Source: a virus
Taxonomy: Duplodnaviria > Heunggongvirae > Uroviricota > Caudoviricetes
IMG/VR virus record: IMGVR_UViG_3300014204_000107
Span: 107,468-171,467 of that record
Length of the DNA: 64,000 nucleotides
Strand: one strand, 5' to 3'
Positions 47,524 to 55,465 of the stretch are shown here, piece by piece. Each line of letters starts with the position of its first letter. Positions within the stretch are counted from its first letter, which is position 1. The notes beneath the pieces were generated by a model. It was given only the letters and a program-made list of their open reading frames with translations, did no database searches and had not been told where the DNA came from. The position numbers and the translations under genes are program-made.

Positions 47524-47531
47524 ATTATTTG

Positions 47532-47602
47532 TTGTCCATAATAGGGTCGAACTATTATCAAGAGATCCAAGGTCTCCTATGCTGCCATTGCACCAATGGA
47601 CA
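47532..47602 (-). tRNA. tRNA-Gln(TTG)
   Basis: ggaga-ccTTGga-tctct. Confidence 0.75.
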
Positions 47603-47641
47603 ATTATTCAAAATATTATTCAAATTTCTAATAAAAATAAG

Positions 47642-47730
47642 TGCTAATACTCAGATTCGAACTGAGACTGTCTCTAAAGTGTTGCCATGATTTCTAAGAC
47701 CATCGAGTTTGCCAATTTCTCTATATTAGC
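47642..47730 (-). tRNA. tRNA-Leu(TAG)
   Basis: atggt-ctTAGaa-atcat, long arm. Confidence 0.85.
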
Positions 47731-47737
47731 AATATAG

Positions 47738-47811
47738 TACCCCAGCAGGAATTCGAATCCTGAATCTTTTGAGTTTGAATCAAACGCAATTGCCAATTAT
47801 GCTACTGAGGC
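47738..47811 (-). tRNA. tRNA-Leu(CAA), short variable loop
   Basis: tttga-ttCAAac-tcaaa; 5-nt variable region. Confidence 0.8.
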
Positions 47812-47817
47812 ATTTTG

Positions 47818-47904
47818 GGTGTCGGACCAGATTCGAACTGGCAATACTCTAGCGAGTTTCTGGGGCCACAACCCAGTCGGATTCCATTTACCGGCTACAG
47901 ACAC
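47818..47904 (-). tRNA. tRNA-His(GTG) with extra arm
   Basis: ctggg-ttGTGgc-cccag, C73, extra hairpin actc-gcta-gagt. Confidence 0.75.
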
Positions 47905-47915
47905 AATCTTCAATG

Positions 47916-47988
47916 TAGAGAATGTGAGATTTGAACTCCTCCTCTGCGCCCCAAACGCAGAATGCAACCTGGTTACAACTCATTCTCT
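47916..47988 (-). tRNA. tRNA-Pro(TGG)
   Basis: ctgcg-ttTGGgg-cgcag. Confidence 0.8.
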
Positions 47989-48748
47989 ATTTTAATCTCC
48001 TTCCTACAATCCACCCACTATTTAAGTAGCATTGCAAGTCATTGACTTTAATTTTTTTATTTTCTTTTAGTTCAACATTATAAATCCAGCAAGTACCATA
48101 TTGAGAATTTTTATTTCCTTTTTGGTGTATGCTGTTTGCTTTACCTATTTTCTTTTTTGTTTCTTCTGTGTGTTTAATTCCAGTCATCGTACCAACTAAT
48201 TCGCCAGATTTAATTCTTAAATCATCACTTGGTACACAAAAATAATTACCGTTTTTGTCTTTTGCAACAGTTGTACCTTTTCGTACGTGCACAAGATCCC
48301 CAGACATATATTTTGTATCTGATATTGGGATGCAAAAATAATTATCATCTTTATCTTTTACTGTTACAAATCCTTTAGATGTTGCTACTAATTCACCAGA
48401 CAAATATCGTTGATCATTTACACTTACACTAAAAGTATTGCCAGTTTTATCTTTGACGGCAACAAATCCTTTCGTGTTTATTACTCCACCCTCAATTATA
48501 TTATATGTATCTTTGCGTTTAATGAATTCTTTATTAACGAGTTCTGATTCTTTCTTCAACATATCAAGCTTATTATCAAAATTATATAGAATTGCTTTAG
48601 TAAAGTTTTCTAAACCATATTTTTTAATAGACATCCACAAATATTTGCCCGACCCCATATATCCATCATTAATATTTTTAGTAACATGACACCCAATATA
48701 GATTTTACCATTAATTGTGTTCGTTATTTTATATACCAAATAATACAT
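47987..48748 (-). CDS. Seg-like GIY-YIG homing endonuclease (copy 2)
   Basis: close paralog of 41013-41777 with a near-identical upstream leader; its TAG overlaps the tRNA-Pro 5' end. Confidence 0.85.
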   Translation of the reverse strand: MYYLVYKITNTINGKIYIGCHVTKNINDGYMGSGKYLWMSIKKYGLENFTKAILYNFDNKLDMLKKESELVNKEFIKRKDTYNIIEGGVINTKGFVAVKDKTGNTFSVSVNDQRYLSGELVATSKGFVTVKDKDDNYFCIPISDTKYMSGDLVHVRKGTTVAKDKNGNYFCVPSDDLRIKSGELVGTMTGIKHTEETKKKIGKANSIHQKGNKNSQYGTCWIYNVELKENKKIKVNDLQCYLNSGWIVGRRLK

Positions 48749-48834
48749 TATAAATCTCCTTGTTTATAATATATAGTTCGATATTTAAAATAATCGAAAA
48801 TAATATTGAACTATTTCAAAGAACTTTAATTGAG

Positions 48835-48907
48835 TGAACACAATGGAATTCGAATCCATATCGTAGGCTCCGCAAACCTACATTCTATCCAGTTGAACTA
48901 TGCGTCC
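48835..48907 (-). tRNA. tRNA-Arg(GCG)
   Basis: taggt-ttGCGga-gccta. Confidence 0.85.
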
Positions 48908-48914
48908 ATTTTAG

Positions 48915-48987
48915 TACCCCACAAGGGAGTCAAACCCTTATCGTATGATCCGAAGTCAAACATTCTATTCAGTTGAACTAGCGGGGC
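48915..48987 (-). tRNA. tRNA-Arg(TCG)
   Basis: tttga-ctTCGga-tcata. Confidence 0.85.
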
Positions 48988-49001
48988 ATATTACACATCA
49001 T

Positions 49002-49145
49002 AAAAAAACCCGGCAGTGGTTGCTGTCGGGCTTTTCGAAGAGGAGTATTATATGTTTAAATATATTACATCAATAGCTAGCCCGACTGTCCGTTATGTAA
49101 CGGGAGTTGTGATGGTAGACTGGATTGACGCAATAATGTTTTCAT
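49002..49145 (-). promoter_or_regulatory. leader-peptide attenuator of the - strand tRNA array
   Basis: 22-aa leader 49145-49077 ending GGC TAG; gtcgggct can pair with agcccgac of terminator cccgacag-caacca-ctgccggg-T7 (49030-49002). Confidence 0.7.
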
Positions 49146-49337
49146 GACAATTTTTGTTTTTATCTTGTTTTAAATAACTATGTAAAAGTAATAAAAAAAT
49201 ATGAAAAATCCAAGAAAAATTTAAAATATTTCATCTTTATGCTTTTTATGCATAAAAACTTGAACAGTTGATTTTTTCATTACTTGATACTTATTATAGG
49301 AAAATATAGTCAATAATCCAAATAAATTCTGAGAAAT

Positions 49338-49757
49338 ATGGTTAAATCAGCTGGCTTAGCAATAATTTACAATAAAATGATTCTCTTAACGCATCCAACT
49401 GGCGCATTATGGTGGTCATCATATGGCATTCCTAAAGGTTGGGTAGAACAAGGTGAAGATATTTATAGCACTGCTATTCGTGAAACTAAAGAAGAAGTTG
49501 GCATACAAATTCCATCTGAATTAATAGATAGCCAGCTGCATTCATTTTATTATATGAAAGATAATCAAGCATATAAGCAAATTTTTTATTATGTTGCACG
49601 AATAAATACGCTGGATAATATAAAATTATCTGGCTTAGTAGTACCCAAAAGCCAATTACAGCTGGAAGAAGTGGATTGGGCTGGCTTTTTAAATTATGAT
49701 GATGCAATCAAACGTATATTACCATTACAAAATCAATTATTAAATCTTATAAAATGA
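49338..49757 (+). CDS. NUDIX hydrolase
   Basis: GIPKGWVEQGEDIYSTAIRETKEEVG. Confidence 0.9.
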   Translation: MVKSAGLAIIYNKMILLTHPTGALWWSSYGIPKGWVEQGEDIYSTAIRETKEEVGIQIPSELIDSQLHSFYYMKDNQAYKQIFYYVARINTLDNIKLSGLVVPKSQLQLEEVDWAGFLNYDDAIKRILPLQNQLLNLIK

Positions 49758-49966
49758 AAGTTATATTTGATAGTAAATGCAATAGCATTATAATTGAATA
49801 CAAATTTATTAATATTCCTATTCAATATATTTATAATAAAGCGGTTAGTAGTCAATTTATGATCAATATATTTAATAAGAAATATAAAATATCACGTAAA
49901 AAGCATAAAAGATTATTTAAACTTTTTGTTAATACGCCGTGCAATAAATTTATAGTAATTAAATAG
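49754..49966 (+). CDS. hypothetical basic protein
   Basis: ATGA overlap. Confidence 0.45.
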   Translation: MKVIFDSKCNSIIIEYKFINIPIQYIYNKAVSSQFMINIFNKKYKISRKKHKRLFKLFVNTPCNKFIVIK

Positions 49967-49998
49967 GTTATACTATTTATAGTAAATGGAGAAATACA

Positions 49999-50382
49999 AT
50001 GAAAAATAAAATTCCAAGCATTTTAATTATTGATGATCAAGTTGATTTTTTATTAATGTTGAAACATATGCTTGATAATATTGGATTTACTAATATACAG
50101 TATCAAAAAAATGCATATCAGGCCCTTAAAGAATATGAGTTGTTTGATATAATATTTTTAGATTTAAAAATGCCGGGGATGTCGGGATTAGAGTTTTTAA
50201 AAAATATTAAGTCAACGCATAATATTAATAAATTTTTACCTAAAATTATAATAATAACATCTGATTCAGACCCAGTTACTAAATATGAATGCTTGCAAAA
50301 TGGCGCTGACGAATATATAATTAAACCAGCAAATAAAGATGCTATTATTAATGGTTTAAAAAAAATAAATGCTATTATATAG
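49999..50382 (+). CDS. single-domain response regulator (CheY-like)
   Basis: ILIIDD, FLDLKMPGMSG, IIITS, YIIKP. Confidence 0.9.
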   Translation: MKNKIPSILIIDDQVDFLLMLKHMLDNIGFTNIQYQKNAYQALKEYELFDIIFLDLKMPGMSGLEFLKNIKSTHNINKFLPKIIIITSDSDPVTKYECLQNGADEYIIKPANKDAIINGLKKINAII

Positions 50383-50611
50383 AATGAAATGTAAATATCA
50401 TACACCATGTGATGATTCATTAATCAAAAAATACTATTTATATGCTGATAATCATATATTTATCGTCACCACGCGTGCGCGCGTAATAAGCAATATAAGC
50501 TTATAATATTTTAAGCTATTCTTTATAAAAGAATAAAGCTTCATTGCATTACGCTTTATTCTCTTCATTAAAGCTTCGCTTTAATTCAGTTAATAAATTA
50601 TAATTATAATA

Positions 50612-51280
50612 ATGGATATTAAGATAGCAGTTAAAATAAATGAATTATATAATAATGACACATTCTGGAAGAAGGACGTTGCAACTTTGATACGGGAAAA
50701 TGTATCAAAACAATTATCTGACAAGATGGCAGATTATGCAAAACTGTGGGATGTATTAGATGCAGAAATTAAGTCAAACTATTTCTTTAAAGACTCAGCA
50801 ATTTTTAAAAATTGGCTGGGGTTGCTTGCAGAAACAAAATATGCAAAAGTTAAGGTGGCTATATTAAAAAATAAATTTGTTCTTGATTTAGAGTCGGCGG
50901 AATATAAGAAGACATTGAGTATGCTTGAAATGGATACTGCCCCGCAAGACCAAATTAAAAACAATATTTCTTTTGATAAAAAAGAAAATATTAAGGTGAC
51001 TGCTAAAGACTTTAATTTTTCACTTATCATAGACACTGCACTCAATAAAGTTAAAGATGAGGGTTATTCACTCATAAGAATACACAATATGATATTATAT
51101 TGTGTTAAAAATAATGCAATGGACGACAATATGCAAATAATTAACACAATGTTGCATAAATTAGGAGAAGAACTTAATCCAGTCAGTGCATATACTTTCT
51201 TTTATCAAGATAGTGAAGTGGGCTATATAACGCTGTATGTTTTTGAGTATGATAATTTAGCATCACCGGAAATTAAATAA
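50612..51280 (+). CDS. hypothetical protein
   Basis: 222-aa ORF. Confidence 0.65.
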   Translation: MDIKIAVKINELYNNDTFWKKDVATLIRENVSKQLSDKMADYAKLWDVLDAEIKSNYFFKDSAIFKNWLGLLAETKYAKVKVAILKNKFVLDLESAEYKKTLSMLEMDTAPQDQIKNNISFDKKENIKVTAKDFNFSLIIDTALNKVKDEGYSLIRIHNMILYCVKNNAMDDNMQIINTMLHKLGEELNPVSAYTFFYQDSEVGYITLYVFEYDNLASPEIK

Positions 51281-51327
51281 ATAAAAAGATTACTATATAT
51301 TTGTAAAACCAATTAAATAAAAAAGTT

Positions 51328-51504
51328 ATGAAGTACAAAGCACAAATCATGCCTCACGTTGAAAAATTAGAGCAAGCAGTTAGTACTGCTAAAGAAATTA
51401 TTGATACAAAAAGAGGCACACCAGCGCAGGCATCGCATTATTTAGAAGTTGCGTTAAAGCATTTAGAAAAAATAAATGAATTACTTGAAATAGAATCTGA
51501 CTAA
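51328..51504 (+). CDS. small hypothetical protein (58 aa; not in ORF track)
   Basis: MKYKAQIMPHVEKLEQAV... Confidence 0.55.
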   Translation: MKYKAQIMPHVEKLEQAVSTAKEIIDTKRGTPAQASHYLEVALKHLEKINELLEIESD

Positions 51505-51522
51505 ATATTATAGGAGAAATTA

Positions 51523-52419
51523 ATGGCAAAACGAACAATATTTTTTATATTGCTAATATTGGCATCCTTTGTCATAGCTATTTTTGCAGCATATAGTTCT
51601 GTAATGGGATTGGCTGCAGTTTTTAGTGGTGCTAAAACAGAAATAATGCTACTGGCGGGAGGACTTGAGTTTGCAAAAATAGTGGTTGTTTCATTATTAG
51701 TACAATTCTGGGGGTCATTACAAAAAATTCTTAGAACATTTCTTATTACGCTTGTTGTATTTGTAATGATATTAGCATCTGGTGGTATATATGGATTTTT
51801 ATCAAACGCATACCAAAAAAATGCAACTACTATTGAACAAATTGACAAGTCTGTTGAATTAATAAATAATAAAAAAACATTATTCATACAACAGAAGCAA
51901 ATGTTTGAAACACAAATCAGCTCGAAAAATAATAGAGTAGATAAATTAACAAATTTGCGTGAACAGCAGGAAAATAGAATTGATAATTTAATCAGTAAAG
52001 AAAAAGATTATCAATCACAATCTACTCAAAAATTCATACAGCAAGCAGATAAAGACATTCTCCAACTAAATACTGAAATTACAACCTTATCAATTAGTGT
52101 TAATTCGATTAATGATTCTATAGCAAAATATGAAACAAAATCACTTGAAATTTCAAATAGTGGAGTATCCGTAGAAGTTTGGGCATTAAAATATTTAGCA
52201 AAACTTACAGGTAAATCAATTGACGCTGTAGCTAATTGGTACCTTTTAATTTGTATGTTTGTTATAGATCCATTTGCCATACTATTGTTAGTAGTAGCCA
52301 ATATGTTAATAGGCAATTTACGCAAAAAAGATTCGAATAATACAAATTATCAGACGATAACAGATGCCCCAATAGCGGCAAAATCTAAATATAGGGATAT
52401 TCATTTCAAAAATAGCTAA
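51523..52419 (+). CDS. membrane protein with long coiled coil
   Basis: three N-terminal TM helices, heptad region, C-terminal TM with FVIDPFAI. Confidence 0.75.
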   Translation: MAKRTIFFILLILASFVIAIFAAYSSVMGLAAVFSGAKTEIMLLAGGLEFAKIVVVSLLVQFWGSLQKILRTFLITLVVFVMILASGGIYGFLSNAYQKNATTIEQIDKSVELINNKKTLFIQQKQMFETQISSKNNRVDKLTNLREQQENRIDNLISKEKDYQSQSTQKFIQQADKDILQLNTEITTLSISVNSINDSIAKYETKSLEISNSGVSVEVWALKYLAKLTGKSIDAVANWYLLICMFVIDPFAILLLVVANMLIGNLRKKDSNNTNYQTITDAPIAAKSKYRDIHFKNS

Positions 52420-52470
52420 AAAATTAGGAATATTGATAAAAAAATACTATAATTATACAAAACAAATTTC

Positions 52471-52932
52471 ATGGAAAAAACAATTAGAAATAAAACATTT
52501 ACGAGTGCTGATGAAGTACGTGAATTAGCAAAAAAAACCATTATTAATGAAAAATTAGACTTGATGGGTGCGCAAGTTGAGTATTTATTTGTCTCACCGG
52601 CAATAAACAAAACAACAGTAGGACGATGTATCAGAACGGGTCCCGAATTAAACTTTTTTAGCGGTGCGGATTATGTTATTGAAATAAGTCAAGACGTATG
52701 GGATGAGTTAGATGATGATGTAAAATATATTTTGCTCCACCACGAATTGTTGCATATATATCCTGTATCAAATGATAAAAAAGGCACTATTGAATATAAA
52801 TTACGTGATCACGATATTCAGGATTTCGATTTAATTATTAAAAAATACGGCACAGATTGGTTTAAAAAACTTAAAACAGTAATGTCAGATACATTAGGTG
52901 CTGATTATTTAAATGATATTATATCGATATAG
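52471..52932 (+). CDS. putative phage metallopeptidase
   Basis: LLHHELLHI...DHDIQDF..IIKKYG. Confidence 0.8.
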   Translation: MEKTIRNKTFTSADEVRELAKKTIINEKLDLMGAQVEYLFVSPAINKTTVGRCIRTGPELNFFSGADYVIEISQDVWDELDDDVKYILLHHELLHIYPVSNDKKGTIEYKLRDHDIQDFDLIIKKYGTDWFKKLKTVMSDTLGADYLNDIISI

Positions 52933-52933
52933 T

Positions 52934-53593
52934 ATGATAAATGACTATAATTTTATATATGACACAAACCAATTAGAGAATAAAATATCAGATACTGTTG
53001 AAAAGTACGAAGCTGAAAAAATTATTGACTTATTAGCAGCATTTTTAATAAAACAGCAGACTTCTCCGGCAATATGTGCCCCACAAATTGGTTTATTTAA
53101 GCAAGTATTATTGGTTCATTATGATACGGGATTGTTCTTTTTAGTAAATCCGGTTATAATTGAACAAAAATACCCAATTCCCTATTTAGAAGCATGTATA
53201 ACATATCCTAACGAACTTATTGAAACAATGAGATATGCATCCATACGCGTTAAATCAGATAATTTTAAGGAACCAATTAAAATTGGTATTAATGGTAAAT
53301 TTGATAATACAGATGATAGATTAAAGCATCCAGCAGTTTCATTAGCAGCTTATATACAACAAGGTATAGATTTTTTTAATGGTGTCCTTCCAAAGCAAAG
53401 ATTGTTTGATAGCATGATGAAAGCTATGCAGCCTAACATTACTCCTACGAACATAATAGATGGTGAAACATATAGAAGGAATGAAGTTGTTGAATTAGAA
53501 AAAAATGGACTTACCATTTCCATTAAATTTAAGAAAATTAAACAATACATTGACGACGGGTGGCAAGTTATTAAAAAACAATCTAATGGATAA
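52934..53593 (+). CDS. peptide-deformylase-like protein with degenerate active site
   Basis: AICAPQIG, VNPVI, EACITYP; HExDH replaced by QGIDF. Confidence 0.75.
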   Translation: MINDYNFIYDTNQLENKISDTVEKYEAEKIIDLLAAFLIKQQTSPAICAPQIGLFKQVLLVHYDTGLFFLVNPVIIEQKYPIPYLEACITYPNELIETMRYASIRVKSDNFKEPIKIGINGKFDNTDDRLKHPAVSLAAYIQQGIDFFNGVLPKQRLFDSMMKAMQPNITPTNIIDGETYRRNEVVELEKNGLTISIKFKKIKQYIDDGWQVIKKQSNG

Positions 53594-54251
53594 CAATAAT
53601 AATATTGAAAATATAATATATAAACCATTAGATAACTTACGACAATTAGACTATAGATTTGATGCTGAACATGCTAAAATTTATATTACATCTTTTATAG
53701 ATGAAGGTTTAATTGAGTTATTAATGATGCGGGTTGATTATATCATTAATACATGGGCTAGAATGGGTATGCGGGATGATTTAAAATCTATTGATATAAT
53801 TTTAAGCTCATATGGCGGAGACATTTATGAATCTTTGGCAGTAATAGACTATTTTGAACATTTGCTTTATAGTGAAAAAATTAGAATTAATGTTGATTGC
53901 TATGGCAAAGCAATGTCATCAGCTATAATATTATTATCCGCTGCAACTGGTAAACGTAGAATGTCAAAAAGAGCGTTCATATTGTTTGATGAATTTAAAA
54001 ATACTGCTCCAATAAATAAAAATGCTGGAGTTGGGTTTAAAACGACATCAAAAACAAATGGAAAGGGCAATTCGGAATATGATGAAAAAATTGATAATCA
54101 TATGGATGAATTAAATGGGTATATGATAAAAATATTAGTTGATTCAACTAATAGGGACGAGTCGTTTTGGGTAGATATACAAAAGAAAGATGTATATTTG
54201 CCTGCAGAAAAGTGTTTAGAATATAATTTAATAGATGAAATAATAACTTAA
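53586..54251 (+). CDS. ClpP-like protease (catalytic His apparently replaced)
   Basis: LSSYGGDIY, CYGKAMSSA, KRRMSKRAFILFD, YLPAEKCLEYNLIDEI. Confidence 0.8.
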   Translation: MDNNNNIENIIYKPLDNLRQLDYRFDAEHAKIYITSFIDEGLIELLMMRVDYIINTWARMGMRDDLKSIDIILSSYGGDIYESLAVIDYFEHLLYSEKIRINVDCYGKAMSSAIILLSAATGKRRMSKRAFILFDEFKNTAPINKNAGVGFKTTSKTNGKGNSEYDEKIDNHMDELNGYMIKILVDSTNRDESFWVDIQKKDVYLPAEKCLEYNLIDEIIT

Positions 54252-54263
54252 AAAATAATAATT

Positions 54264-55013
54264 ATGAAATTAACAGCAGAACAATTAGGAGAAAATTATC
54301 AAAAACTTATTGACATTATCAATGAATATATTGCACCTGGCCCACGACAAGATGCACTATTAAAATTGTATGATGATTTAGCTAATAGAATAGCATTAGC
54401 ACCAGCATCTACCAAAATGTCATTTCACAATGCATTTCCAGGTGGATATGTACTGCATGTATTAAATGTGGTTAGTTGTGCATTAAAGCAGCACAAATTA
54501 TGGGAATACTGCGGTGCAGATATGGTTGGATATACCAAAGAAGAACTCGTATTTGCAGCACTAAATCATGATTTAGGTAAAATTGGAGATTTGGAGAATG
54601 ACCAATACATACCTCAGGACAATCAATGGTATGTAACAAATCGGGGAGAGATATACAAATATAATCCAGAAATTGATAATATGCCACATCAATATAGGGC
54701 AATTTATTTATTACAGCATTATGGTGTAAAAATGACCGTACAAGAAATGATTGCGATAGAAGCACATGAAGGCTTATTCGAGGATGGAAATAAAACGTAT
54801 TATATCCAATATGATGAAGACAAAAAGTTCAAAACTAATTTGCCCATAATTATACATTTTGCTGATTATATGGCTGCTAGAATTGAGTTTGAAGCGTATA
54901 TGAAAACAAAGAAAGGTAAAAACATTAATTCAGATAATTATTTGGAACAAAAATCACAAAAAACATTGAGTGCCAAGCAAGAAATAAGCACAATGTTTGA
55001 TAAGGAGAAATAA
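54264..55013 (+). CDS. HD-domain phosphohydrolase
   Basis: FHNAFPGGYVLHV, ALNHDLGKIG, HFAD. Confidence 0.85.
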   Translation: MKLTAEQLGENYQKLIDIINEYIAPGPRQDALLKLYDDLANRIALAPASTKMSFHNAFPGGYVLHVLNVVSCALKQHKLWEYCGADMVGYTKEELVFAALNHDLGKIGDLENDQYIPQDNQWYVTNRGEIYKYNPEIDNMPHQYRAIYLLQHYGVKMTVQEMIAIEAHEGLFEDGNKTYYIQYDEDKKFKTNLPIIIHFADYMAARIEFEAYMKTKKGKNINSDNYLEQKSQKTLSAKQEISTMFDKEK

Positions 55014-55014
55014 C

Positions 55015-55464
55015 ATGGCAACTTCTTTAATTATTATATCAATAGCACTCTTTTTATCCGCTACTGCCGCGGCAATATTAGTTTATTATTATCGTAAACA
55101 TACTGGTATTATCGGGCAACTGTCGATTGATAACAAAAGAATTATTGATCAGAATGCATATTATGAGAAGTGTTTGTCGACATCACTTGAAAAAATTCAG
55201 TATTATGAAACTGATTTTGAAAAAACATCCGCAGAAATAAAGGAAATTACAAATGAAAATTATTTATTGATTACTTGGTTTAATGAATTTATAACACGAA
55301 TTAAATTTGTTGAATCAAAAATACAATCGATTGATGTACTTGGTTCATTTGAAGCGGATGATGAGACTGGTGCAATATATAAAGAAATTAAAGAAATGGC
55401 AGTTTTATTAGTAGAAATGAGAAAATTAATAGAGTTACAAACAGAAGAGAAAGAAAAAGAATAA
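55015..55464 (+). CDS. membrane-anchored coiled-coil protein
   Basis: N-terminal TM; GSFEADDETG motif. Confidence 0.7.
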   Translation: MATSLIIISIALFLSATAAAILVYYYRKHTGIIGQLSIDNKRIIDQNAYYEKCLSTSLEKIQYYETDFEKTSAEIKEITNENYLLITWFNEFITRIKFVESKIQSIDVLGSFEADDETGAIYKEIKEMAVLLVEMRKLIELQTEEKEKE

Positions 55465-55465
55465 T

